Source: Ptychomitrium polyphyllum
Taxonomy: Eukaryota
Direction: 5' to 3'
DNA length: 64,000 nt
Assembly: GCA_973851085.1 (NCBI GenBank)
Contig: OZ316776.1
Span: 1,798,001 to 1,862,000, forward strand
Within the stretch, counting starts at the first letter, position 1, and each line of letters begins with the position of its first letter. Position numbers and translations under genes: made by a program. A model generated the notes under the pieces. It worked only from the letters and a program-made list of their open reading frames with translations, had not been told where the DNA came from and did no database searches. Below are positions 52,702-64,000 of the stretch, one piece after another.

Positions 52702-55700
52702 AGAGCAAACACTCAGTGGTCCGTGAGTACACAAGACAGAAAGATGGGTCGGCATGTTTGACGTAACACAGCTTGCTCCGGTCACGGCAGCGTCGGGCCA
52801 AAATGTTTACAAACAGCGGTTTATTCGGGTCACGCGTGTTTGGAAAACAATAGACTTTACATAATGGTTTAAAAGCGCGACCAAATGGCCAAACAGATCA
52901 TTGAGACCCCTACTGCACCTGCCTTCCTCATGCAATGGTTAAAACATCTGCACTGATGCTAAAGCCTGCTCGCAAGCTACAGCGCATGAAGGGCCTCGAC
53001 GCTCTTCGATGAGCCAGGCCCGACTGCAGCTGAGACTGCCATACAGGGCAGTTACTAAACAACCCTAAGGAGCTGAATCTGTTGTACTGTGACGAGCCAC
53101 AACATGCACCTGGAAGGTTCTCACAAACTGGTCCTCCGTATGCAAGAACAAAAAATCCTTACTTCAATAGGCATCTCTCAGAAGCCGCCACTGGAGCATG
53201 ATGTGGGCATGCCAATGGCACCGACAGTCTAACATCTGTGGGTCAGGGTCCTAAGTAATACTATGTGACGTCTAGAATCAGTAAGGAGCCACCATTTCAA
53301 GCTCCACCTTAAACTCCACCATCTCAGTATGCTAACACCTCAAAACGGGAACTGCGCGTAAATTCACTAACCTACAGCCATCTCTCACAAACAACCCCCA
53401 AGGCCTTGGAAGCTCCAGGCCTTGCCTCCTCTGTGAGAACCTTCTGCCTACTTGATGTACTGCGACATCCACTTGATGCCCTCGCCGTACCCCATCTTCC
53501 GAACAATACTGCACATGAACACCTCGATAGGTCGCATGTTTGTCTCCCCCAGGTTGACCTTGCCCTTGCCCGTGGTGTAATCGCTCAGACCCAGCGAATA
53601 CCGCAACTCCTCTTCCGAGGCTGCATATGGGATGTCGATCTTGTTTCCCAGAATCAAGAACGGAACTTGTCCCAACGAGTCATCTGATAGCAGGGCATCC
53701 AGTTCCTTCTTGGACTCTGAAAACCTCTCCTTGTCAGCTGCATCCACTAAATAGACGATGCCGTCGACCTGTACGGTTGACACATTGTTAGCAAGAACGC
53801 CACTCGTTTAAGCAAACACTGAGAAGACTTAGCTTGATCCGGTTTCCCATCCCTGATGCACTGCGAAGAAGCGGAAGCACAAACCCTAGAGTACACCTGC
53901 TGCATGGTGCATTACGGCTCTATGCCTCCCACCACGGCCGTAAAACATAACCTCGATAACGCACGTTGAGGGAAGGCACGAATGCGTCAAGGATCGACAG
54001 GAGCCAATCTCTACACCAAATTTTCTTAGGACGCAGCACACAGGTGATAACTGTATCGTCTGTAACCCTAAATAAGCATCCAATCAATACTTTGGTCGAC
54101 ATCGCCCGCACGCGTCGGTCGTTTCGCAAGAGTATCTTCAGGGCCTTGCCAATGCCTACGACCAATGTCTGGCGCATAATTATCGACCAGACCTACTTAG
54201 AAGGAAAATTCACATCTCAACAAAGACCGCTTCAAGGCCCTGCAGATCATTGACGACAGACTCGCCATACCCCCCACAACGACACTCTCCGTCCCCTCTC
54301 TGAGATGATATCATACCATGACCCCATTCTCCATCTCTACTGCTGACATCCAGTAGTAACCACAGAGGAGGAAAGGTGACCTTGGCGTAGTAGTCCTTCC
54401 ACACTCGTCTGGCGATCTGGTGACCCCCAAGGTCAAACGCTTTGAACTTAATTTTTCCAATGCTCAACTCCTCCGATGTAGGATACTGCGTCGGTTGATG
54501 CTGAGCCAACCTCTGTATCGCCACAACCAGACGCACTTTCGTAAAAAGAAAGCCCAGCCCCAAGACCTATAAGCCACTTACTCCTAATCACTTCGCCCTA
54601 CGTACCCAAATACATAGAACAATCCCTACCTCCCCTCCTACCAGATCGTGTCCCGGAACTTATAACAAACAAAATCCCAAACTACGCCACCCACTCCAAG
54701 CCCTGCATCACTCCCTCCTCCTCGCCCCTCCACACTAACACCCCATGCATGCCAAAATCCATTATTCTCAGCAACACCCGGTTACGACCATCTCCACCAC
54801 CAGATCTTCCACACTCACCCTCCCCTCATCAAGAACCTCCTCTCTCCACCTCCGTCTCTCTCAACAACAGAGCCACCCAGCACGTCCAAGCAACGGCGTC
54901 TTTCCCAAGACAAACCACCACAACCACACCCTGCGGTATTCTATGAATTCTATGGCAACCTCAAGATCGACGCCCTCCTTACCTCATCCTTGAGCATGTG
55001 CAGCAAGGTGGTCTTGCCGGCGTTGTCCAAGCCCAGAAACAAGATTTTGGCCTCCTTCTGCCATAACCCTAGGGTGGCAAGCACGCTGTAGAACCAGTCG
55101 AACAAAAACATCGTGGCCAGAGCCCTCAGTGCTGTCCTCCGAGGCCCGCCGCTCCCTCCCTGCGCTCTCCCCTGCAGCCAATCTCTCCTTCCAGCAGCAG
55201 CAAGCAGCGCTAGAATGCTCTGCAGCAGCAACACCACCGCACAGCGTCTTGGAGAGTCCGCTTCACCAGAGCTTGACCACACACGACCAAACACTAGGCC
55301 GCCCTTTCTCGCCACCCGCACTCAGCAGCCCGTCCAAGTTCCAACACTCTCTCCTCCGGGCCACCATGCGGGAGGCCAGTTTCTAAACGCCGTCACTGTA
55401 CCATAGAACCACAACATGTACCGCCGGCGTACACTGCGTTCGCTGCAGTCTACAAACCGGTGGGATTGTGGGGCTTCCGGCTGCTTTAGCGTGGAGTGTC
55501 GGATTTGTGTATGCTACCTGGCTGACGGGTCACGCGATGTGACTGGTCCCATGGGAGCTGGGGCGGGGTTCTTCCGATCCTTTCTTCTCTCTGCTGTGAC
55601 GTTTTCGCTGCACGTTTACTTTATTCTTCGGGCCTGGAGTTTGGTTCTGTCCTCTCTAGTCTTCACGCAGCCTACGTTGCTGCTGCCGCTGCTGTAGTGC

Positions 55701-55779
55701 GCCTTATTGCTGGTCAGCTAAAGCCATCATGCCATGGCTTCATATGTGCGATGGTCAATTATTGGACTTTGTGGGGTTT
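52702..55779. repeat. Left arm of ~3.08 kb inverted duplication carrying SAR1
   Basis: Reverse complement of 55991-59069. ORFs in this arm have mirror ORFs with coordinates summing to 111771 and identical translations, apart from one 1-bp indel near 55639/56131. Confidence 0.97.
53448..55111 (-). CDS. SAR1: SAR1 small GTPase (COPII), 193 aa, copy A
   Basis: Exons 55111-54983, 54512-54381, 53768-53448. MFLFDWF amphipathic N-terminus, [51 protein letters not shown]. Confidence 0.97.
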
Positions 55780-55879
55780 NNNNNNNNNNNNNNNNNNNNN
55801 NNNNNNNNNNNNNNNNNNNNNNNNNNNNNNNNNNNNNNNNNNNNNNNNNNNNNNNNNNNNNNNNNNNNNNNNNNNNNNN
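55780..55879. other. Assembly gap (exactly 100 N, likely a placeholder of unknown length) at the centre of the inverted duplication
   Basis: Run of 100 N. Confidence 0.99.
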
Positions 55880-55990
55880 GCTCCACATTTTCCACTCATA
55901 CTTTTCACAATCACTTAATGCTATACTAGTACGTTCGCACAACAAGAATTTTCAAACCTACTTACATGGCGTTCTCTAACCCCCTATTAA

Positions 55991-58900
55991 AAACCCCACA
56001 AAGTCCAATAATTGACCATCGCACATATGAAGCCATGGCATGATGGCTTTAGCTGACCAGCAATAAGGCGCACTACAGCAGCGGCAGCAGCAACGTAGGC
56101 TGCGTGAAGACTAGAGAGGACAGAACCAAACCTCCAGGCCCGAAGAATAAAGTAAACGTGCAGCGAAAACGTCACAGCAGAGAGAAGAAAGGATCGGAAG
56201 AACCCCGCCCCAGCTCCCATGGGACCAGTCACATCGCGTGACCCGTCAGCCAGGTAGCATACACAAATCCGACACTCCACGCTAAAGCAGCCGGAAGCCC
56301 CACAATCCCACCGGTTTGTAGACTGCAGCGAACGCAGTGTACGCCGGCGGTACATGTTGTGGTTCTATGGTACAGTGACGGCGTTTAGAAACTGGCCTCC
56401 CGCATGGTGGCCCGGAGGAGAGAGTGTTGGAACTTGGACGGGCTGCTGAGTGCGGGTGGCGAGAAAGGGCGGCCTAGTGTTTGGTCGTGTGTGGTCAAGC
56501 TCTGGTGAAGCGGACTCTCCAAGACGCTGTGCGGTGGTGTTGCTGCTGCAGAGCATTCTAGCGCTGCTTGCTGCTGCTGGAAGGAGAGATTGGCTGCAGG
56601 GGAGAGCGCAGGGAGGGAGCGGCGGGCCTCGGAGGACAGCACTGAGGGCTCTGGCCACGATGTTTTTGTTCGACTGGTTCTACAGCGTGCTTGCCACCCT
56701 AGGGTTATGGCAGAAGGAGGCCAAAATCTTGTTTCTGGGCTTGGACAACGCCGGCAAGACCACCTTGCTGCACATGCTCAAGGATGAGGTAAGGAGGGCG
56801 TCGATCTTGAGGTTGCCATAGAATTCATAGAATACCGCAGGGTGTGGTTGTGGTGGTTTGTCTTGGGAAAGACGCCGTTGCTTGGACGTGCTGGGTGGCT
56901 CTGTTGTTGAGAGAGACGGAGGTGGAGAGAGGAGGTTCTTGATGAGGGGAGGGTGAGTGTGGAAGATCTGGTGGTGGAGATGGTCGTAACCGGGTGTTGC
57001 TGAGAATAATGGATTTTGGCATGCATGGGGTGTTAGTGTGGAGGGGCGAGGAGGAGGGAGTGATGCAGGGCTTGGAGTGGGTGGCGTAGTTTGGGATTTT
57101 GTTTGTTATAAGTTCCGGGACACGATCTGGTAGGAGGGGAGGTAGGGATTGTTCTATGTATTTGGGTACGTAGGGCGAAGTGATTAGGAGTAAGTGGCTT
57201 ATAGGTCTTGGGGCTGGGCTTTCTTTTTACGAAAGTGCGTCTGGTTGTGGCGATACAGAGGTTGGCTCAGCATCAACCGACGCAGTATCCTACATCGGAG
57301 GAGTTGAGCATTGGAAAAATTAAGTTCAAAGCGTTTGACCTTGGGGGTCACCAGATCGCCAGACGAGTGTGGAAGGACTACTACGCCAAGGTCACCTTTC
57401 CTCCTCTGTGGTTACTACTGGATGTCAGCAGTAGAGATGGAGAATGGGGTCATGGTATGATATCATCTCAGAGAGGGGACGGAGAGTGTCGTTGTGGGGG
57501 GTATGGCGAGTCTGTCGTCAATGATCTGCAGGGCCTTGAAGCGGTCTTTGTTGAGATGTGAATTTTCCTTCTAAGTAGGTCTGGTCGATAATTATGCGCC
57601 AGACATTGGTCGTAGGCATTGGCAAGGCCCTGAAGATACTCTTGCGAAACGACCGACGCGTGCGGGCGATGTCGACCAAAGTATTGATTGGATGCTTATT
57701 TAGGGTTACAGACGATACAGTTATCACCTGTGTGCTGCGTCCTAAGAAAATTTGGTGTAGAGATTGGCTCCTGTCGATCCTTGACGCATTCGTGCCTTCC
57801 CTCAACGTGCGTTATCGAGGTTATGTTTTACGGCCGTGGTGGGAGGCATAGAGCCGTAATGCACCATGCAGCAGGTGTACTCTAGGGTTTGTGCTTCCGC
57901 TTCTTCGCAGTGCATCAGGGATGGGAAACCGGATCAAGCTAAGTCTTCTCAGTGTTTGCTTAAACGAGTGGCGTTCTTGCTAACAATGTGTCAACCGTAC
58001 AGGTCGACGGCATCGTCTATTTAGTGGATGCAGCTGACAAGGAGAGGTTTTCAGAGTCCAAGAAGGAACTGGATGCCCTGCTATCAGATGACTCGTTGGG
58101 ACAAGTTCCGTTCTTGATTCTGGGAAACAAGATCGACATCCCATATGCAGCCTCGGAAGAGGAGTTGCGGTATTCGCTGGGTCTGAGCGATTACACCACG
58201 GGCAAGGGCAAGGTCAACCTGGGGGAGACAAACATGCGACCTATCGAGGTGTTCATGTGCAGTATTGTTCGGAAGATGGGGTACGGCGAGGGCATCAAGT
58301 GGATGTCGCAGTACATCAAGTAGGCAGAAGGTTCTCACAGAGGAGGCAAGGCCTGGAGCTTCCAAGGCCTTGGGGGTTGTTTGTGAGAGATGGCTGTAGG
58401 TTAGTGAATTTACGCGCAGTTCCCGTTTTGAGGTGTTAGCATACTGAGATGGTGGAGTTTAAGGTGGAGCTTGAAATGGTGGCTCCTTACTGATTCTAGA
58501 CGTCACATAGTATTACTTAGGACCCTGACCCACAGATGTTAGACTGTCGGTGCCATTGGCATGCCCACATCATGCTCCAGTGGCGGCTTCTGAGAGATGC
58601 CTATTGAAGTAAGGATTTTTTGTTCTTGCATACGGAGGACCAGTTTGTGAGAACCTTCCAGGTGCATGTTGTGGCTCGTCACAGTACAACAGATTCAGCT
58701 CCTTAGGGTTGTTTAGTAACTGCCCTGTATGGCAGTCTCAGCTGCAGTCGGGCCTGGCTCATCGAAGAGCGTCGAGGCCCTTCATGCGCTGTAGCTTGCG
58801 AGCAGGCTTTAGCATCAGTGCAGATGTTTTAACCATTGCATGAGGAAGGCAGGTGCAGTAGGGGTCTCAATGATCTGTTTGGCCATTTGGTCGCGCTTTT

Positions 58901-59069
58901 AAACCATTATGTAAAGTCTATTGTTTTCCAAACACGCGTGACCCGAATAAACCGCTGTTTGTAAACATTTTGGCCCGACGCTGCCGTGACCGGAGCAAGC
59001 TGTGTTACGTCAAACATGCCGACCCATCTTTCTGTCTTGTGTACTCACGGACCACTGAGTGTTTGCTCT
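55991..59069. repeat. Right arm of ~3.08 kb inverted duplication carrying SAR1
   Basis: Mirror of 52702-55779. Identity ends abruptly after ...CACTGAGTGTTTGCTCT at 59069. Confidence 0.97.
56660..58323 (+). CDS. SAR1: SAR1 small GTPase (COPII), 193 aa, copy B
   Basis: Exons 56660-56788, 57259-57390, 58003-58323 (129+132+321 = 582 nt = 193 codons + stop); same protein as copy A. Confidence 0.97.
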
Positions 59070-62000
59070 TTGTATGTTTTTGCGACGTTTGGTTCTGAGT
59101 GGGTTTGTTCAGAGTTTGTGAGGGAGGTTTAGGTTGCGTTGTATTGTTTGTGAGTTGAACCTTCATCATTAATTTCTACATGACGCGGGTGTCTGAATGG
59201 ATCCCGGAAAGTAAATTTTTTTGCTTTATGAAACGGGGAGTGCATGGGACACCGCACCGACAACTGTAGAAAGGGAGGCTGGATGCATTGATTTGCTTCC
59301 TGGATCACAATGCTTCGGTGTGTGGCATGCGACCGGGGTTACTTGTCCCGTTTGGGGTTGTCGTTGGTCCACGGGATTCGCACTTTGACTGGGCTAGAGT
59401 TCCCAGGCTCTTACCTTCATGTAACGTTCCAGGTGTACCACCAGGAAGGTCTGGATGAGACTTAGTCATGCTTTTTATGGCTGGCAATTCAGCGTCCAGG
59501 ACCAACGAACAGCACGCTCTGATATGGTCGACGAATATTACAGCGTGGAGTGTGTGGCATTGCAGAATGGCGTCTGTTTCATTCGGATGCGTAGAATCGT
59601 TTCTTTCTGAAGATTGTACCACTCTGCTGACCTCATCACACAGGGCAGAGGATCCGATAATCACGGTGCACGGGAGGTTATTGTTTGGGAGGATTTGTTT
59701 CAGTCATTGAAGGTCTGAACTCCAGGAAACTCTGATATGTTTCGTTGAAGAAGAAAATGCTCAAAGAATTGTTGTCTAGTTGGCAGCCATTGTATTGGCA
59801 GTTTGTTGTACAAAGTATCGAGGTTTAGAGCTTTGAATGTGATAACTGTTTGTTTGGAATTTTTGGAAAAGTTATTGAGGTTTTTGAAACCTGCGGTTTT
59901 AGAAAAACGTTCACTAAGTTAGTAAGAGGACTTAGAGCATATGGACAAATGATGTAGTATTGTTCATCCACATCCAAGAATTATGTGGGACTAAATTAAA
60001 CATTTGGAAAGACCAAACAGTGCCACATTGAATAGTACATAAACTTGATAAAACACCTTATAACATTCAACATAAGTTTAGTTGCATTTATAGGTTTTTT
60101 AAAATCCTAATTTGTTAAACATGTCTTACTACAACATTTTTGGTATTTGAGTTCTTTTGTATCCTAATTATTATAGAACCTGATGACATATTAATGTAGA
60201 AGATAGATTTTGAACTATTTCTAATAACATATATCAAATTTTAATGTAGAATATAATAGTTTATTTTACAGAACATGTGAAATTTGTAGGACCAATTTAT
60301 TATTGTTAATATTATTTTTTATTAAAAATTTAACCTAACAATTTTCCAAAAGGTAACATGTTATTTAAAAGTAATAATTAAAACAAGGTTTTGAACAAGT
60401 GGACCAAATTTAGCAATACTTATTCTCTTAGCATTAACTATTTTATTGTTAAGGTCTATAATATCAAATTTTACAACACTCAAGTTTATAACATTAAATT
60501 TTGTAATGCAAAACTCAGTTAGAATTATCATCAATATTCTTTTGTCAAAGAAATGATTATAATATATCAAATGCTTATTATTCATTTAATTTAAAAATTA
60601 TTGTTAATTATTACAATGGTGTTAAAGATGGGCTTTAAAAGGATCCACTTCCAATAAGTTTTATTGTCCATTAAACAATATCACTTCAAATCTGATTTAA
60701 TTTATATTTATGGAAAAACAAACTCCAGGGGAGTGAATTTAAATTTTGCATTTTAAAATAATATGCTTCCAACATGAAGATATGCACATTTGAAAACATT
60801 ATTCATCTTTGAAAAAGAAATTCATTATTTACAATAATGGCACTTATTTTTACATCTGATCTATAATTTATTTTAATTTAACATTTATTTTCTCAATCAA
60901 AGAAGATAAATTTTAATTTTGTATCATTTATTCTAACTTTTGATTTGGAAATATTTATCTTTTTTGTAACTTTGAATAAGAGAGATCATTATAATGGTTA
61001 TTTATTTTTCAAAGATTTTTTTTTAATAAGTCTTGTTATCATTTTTAACAAAAATATGGCTTCACTTTTATTTTGCAAACTTTCCAAACATATGAATTCT
61101 GTAGGAAACTTGAAGGACAAGGATCATAAAATAAGTCAATTCTTTTTAATAGATCCTTTTCAACTATGCCAGATCATTTGATCAATTGATGTTGTTATTG
61201 ATAAATTCCTACTTGGATTGTTTTCTTGTAAAATTTTGATCACCACCAATTTTGTGGATGTTCTATATCTTTTATTAAGTGTTATTATTGTAATTATTAT
61301 TTCATTATTATATATATCTTTAACATGATTTTTATAGAAATTGTAAAAGAAGTATATAATTTCACATTATATCCAAATAACAAATTATCACGATAAAGTT
61401 ACTATACTGCCAAAGTCCACCATCCACAAAGTTTTAAAGAATGTTTCATAGAGGCAAACCACTTATCCACCATGTTCATCAGAGGAATAATCAATGCTGA
61501 CCAATTCCAGAATGTTGAAGCAGTTCATTCAAGGGAACAAACACAAAACATAAGCACAATTAGAATGAAATGAAGGGCGTTTGGATGATAGGAGAATCAA
61601 TACATCAAGCTACATATCCATGAGAACTTTACTTTGTGTTATTTGTCAACAATATGCATATTCAGATACAGATGTATATTGCTTTCCAAACACGTGTATC
61701 AAATCATTTGCTTTACAACCACCTTATCGGATCATATACTTTCTAACCACATGTATCAAGTCATTCACCTCACAACCACATAGAGTATATTGAGTCATTC
61801 ACTTCTCCATACATAACATACTACATGTTACAGGTAATTTTCATTCCATATAATTGGAAATAGATACAAATATACGATTCATGATGTTACCATTTATAGC
61901 ATTCATGACTTCTGTTGCCGCATGCTGAGATTCGTGTAGAGGATTGCCTCATATTTCGATATTCTTATCTGGTTCCTCGACCTCCTCTCATCTGGAACAA

Positions 62001-62581
62001 GAAAAAGCACATGGGATGTTGTATGTCGAATTTCACGTTGGGGCAAGGGTACTGAGAGCCCCACACGGTGACCAAGTTGGCCACTAGACAGGGAACAGGC
62101 GTCGCCAAGCTAGAGCAAACACCTTCATTTAAGTAAGTGGACAAGCAGCTTGAAGAACGAGCCCAAGAATAGACCATACAAGTGTGTAGAAAGCATGAAA
62201 ATTACTGAACATGCCATCCACGCTGGACTACAAACGAGGAGTCAGGAAATAGACACAACTAAGTCTCGATCAAGCACTTCAAATGGGCATGACAGCTACA
62301 AAATCTCTTCAGGGGCAATACAATAAGCATCACAGGAAAACAGAGAACCTGGCTGAAAGAGTGCGAGCTGCACAACCATATTAAGTGACGTTATCTCTAC
62401 AATACGGACTAAACAAAAGCAATCCATCTCCTGATGGAGTGGCAACCACTTACAAAGCCTTGTAGTAATTGAGAATAGAATGCTCACGGTGAGCACCTAA
62501 ATGCTTAAATCTCGTGCTCCTTCTCTCCAGCAGTACAAATCCCAAGGAAAACGGCTCATTAGTTGGTCTAGTGTAATACAA

Positions 62582-63720
62582 CTACTGAACCTTGGCCTTC
62601 AAGGGTTGCTTCTTCCTCATCATTGCCCGATAAGCAGAGTTCTTCATGCCCAAAAAGAAAAGCAGAGCTCCAAAAAGAGAGAGATTCTGCACACAAACCG
62701 ATTCCTCTATCTGAGAATATCCTTAGAAACAACTCAGGACTTGTACAAAAACAAGCCAAATTCTGCTACTAAAAGCACTGCCAAGGAATACAAGTAACTC
62801 ACAGATATTGAGTGCGCCAGTTCATCGACTTATTAATGATTTCAAGTAGAACAGAACCGTGACTTCTTGCTGTAAACTCTTGAAACAGATTCACATCATA
62901 CCTTCTGTCTCATTAGCACTACTGTAAGCCGAAGATTTTATATACGACTATGGAACCAGGCAGAAGAAAGATTTCAAAAGAGAACATACCTTCAAGAAAC
63001 AGTTGAATTGGTGCAAATAGGCACCAGTTGAAATATCATAGTTATAGAAGTCATGCATAATTGGTGTCACTGCTGCAAGGAACATAAGCTGCAAATCACA
63101 ATATAAATAAGTACTGCTCTTGAATTCTGGTCCCAAAAATTGCAGGAGATGCGTCTTGATCCTCATTCACAAAAGCACACAACATACGATAAGACTAAAC
63201 TGTCTCATTTGTTTCAGTACAGACAGTGACTTCTGGACGCCTAGAATTGTAAACATTAAGTGAATCATCTTACTCTGTCTAAACCCTTAAAATTTTCGGA
63301 GTAGTCCCAAATCATTTTCCCTACATCGCTATAAATTGATAAGATGAAATTTAAATGGGCGTGAAGTACAAGAATAAGAGCAGCTGAATGCATAAAATTT
63401 TAGTGATATTCGCTAGATATCTAAAAAGTAGTTCCTTTGTTACTCGGCAATCCATTAGCGTCAACAGTTCCTAAACTAAAATATCAAACTCACACATTAT
63501 TCACGTTCAATGAGTCTCGACTTTCTACCACTGCAATGCAACTCGATGACGTAAGCCTAGTCACAAGCAAAATACCCATTCCTGAATGCGCAATCAAATT
63601 TTCTTACTATTAGAATGGGTCAATTCTCACCAGAAAGTAGGCACCCAGGGTGCTCCCCAAGGTAAAAAGAAGACCACCCAGACCCTCCAAAGCTATGGCA
63701 GCCATCAGCAAGTGCTTCGT
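62582..63720 (-). CDS. HR-like lesion-inducing protein family (small membrane protein), last three coding exons; the 5' part probably lies beyond the window
   Basis: Three phase-0 exons with AG/GT boundaries: 63720-63631 TKHLLMAAIALEGLGGLLFTLGSTLGAYFL; 63088-62990 LMFLAAVTPIMHDFYNYDISTGAYLHQFNCFLK; 62686-62582 NLSLFGALLFFLGMKNSAYRAMMRKKQPLKAKVQ*. Matches the family pattern (GLGGLLF...GAYLL...PILYDFYNY...ALLGALLFF.GMKNS + basic tail) as recalled. Confidence 0.88.
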
Positions 63721-64000
63721 CTGCAATAATGTGGCACTCATTATAGATTAAAGCACAAATTTCACACCTATCTTACGGTCCCACATTCTCAGCTCCACGT
63801 GAACCCAATTAAACTCAAGCTTGGCTTTACACGAATCACATAATCGACTTACACTGTAAAGCAAATTCACGTTAAATAAAGGGAAACCTAAGCCCACGCA
63901 AAAGTAAAGACATGGTGACCTAGTAGACCGATCATGTATTATAATCCCTCAGAACTGCTGGCGTCTGAAGCCATACACGGCGGCTAAAAAACAAATTAAC

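Noticed and set aside
56450..56659. N-terminally extended SAR1 suggested by the ORF track (MRVARKGG...)
   Set aside because: Starts at GTG; the canonical SAR1 start MFLFDWF at 56660 gives the standard 193 aa.
59305..59710. 119-aa (-) and 80-aa (+) ORFs downstream of SAR1 copy B
   Set aside because: No recognisable domain; more simply 3' UTR or flank.

Overview
Eukaryotic land-plant genomic DNA: intron-rich genes separated by very AT-rich spacers. The gene set and style suggest a moss such as Physcomitrium, but that is an inference. Genes in order: a ~21-exon ASHH2/SDG8-type H3K36 methyltransferase (+, 3909-13620); an ABCF1-type ABC-F ATPase (-); two tandem BODYGUARD-type alpha/beta-hydrolases (+); an SLAC1/SLAH S-type anion channel (+); an RKP/KPC1-type SPRY-RING E3 ligase (-) whose exons and introns are both unusually GC-rich; two head-to-head SAR1 GTPase genes in the arms of a ~3.08 kb near-perfect inverted duplication around a 100-N gap; and the last three coding exons of an HR-like lesion-inducing protein gene (-), which the ORF track shows only in part. 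The most notable observations are the SAR1 palindrome, the GC-rich G-skewed RKP island, and the ASHH2 C-terminus (Set2-type SRI-like domain, ULM-like RRKRPSRWD motif, PPG repeats). No prokaryote-type system, CRISPR array, RNA gene or intact transposon was found. Exon coordinates were read by eye from GT-AG sites and may be off by a few bases.
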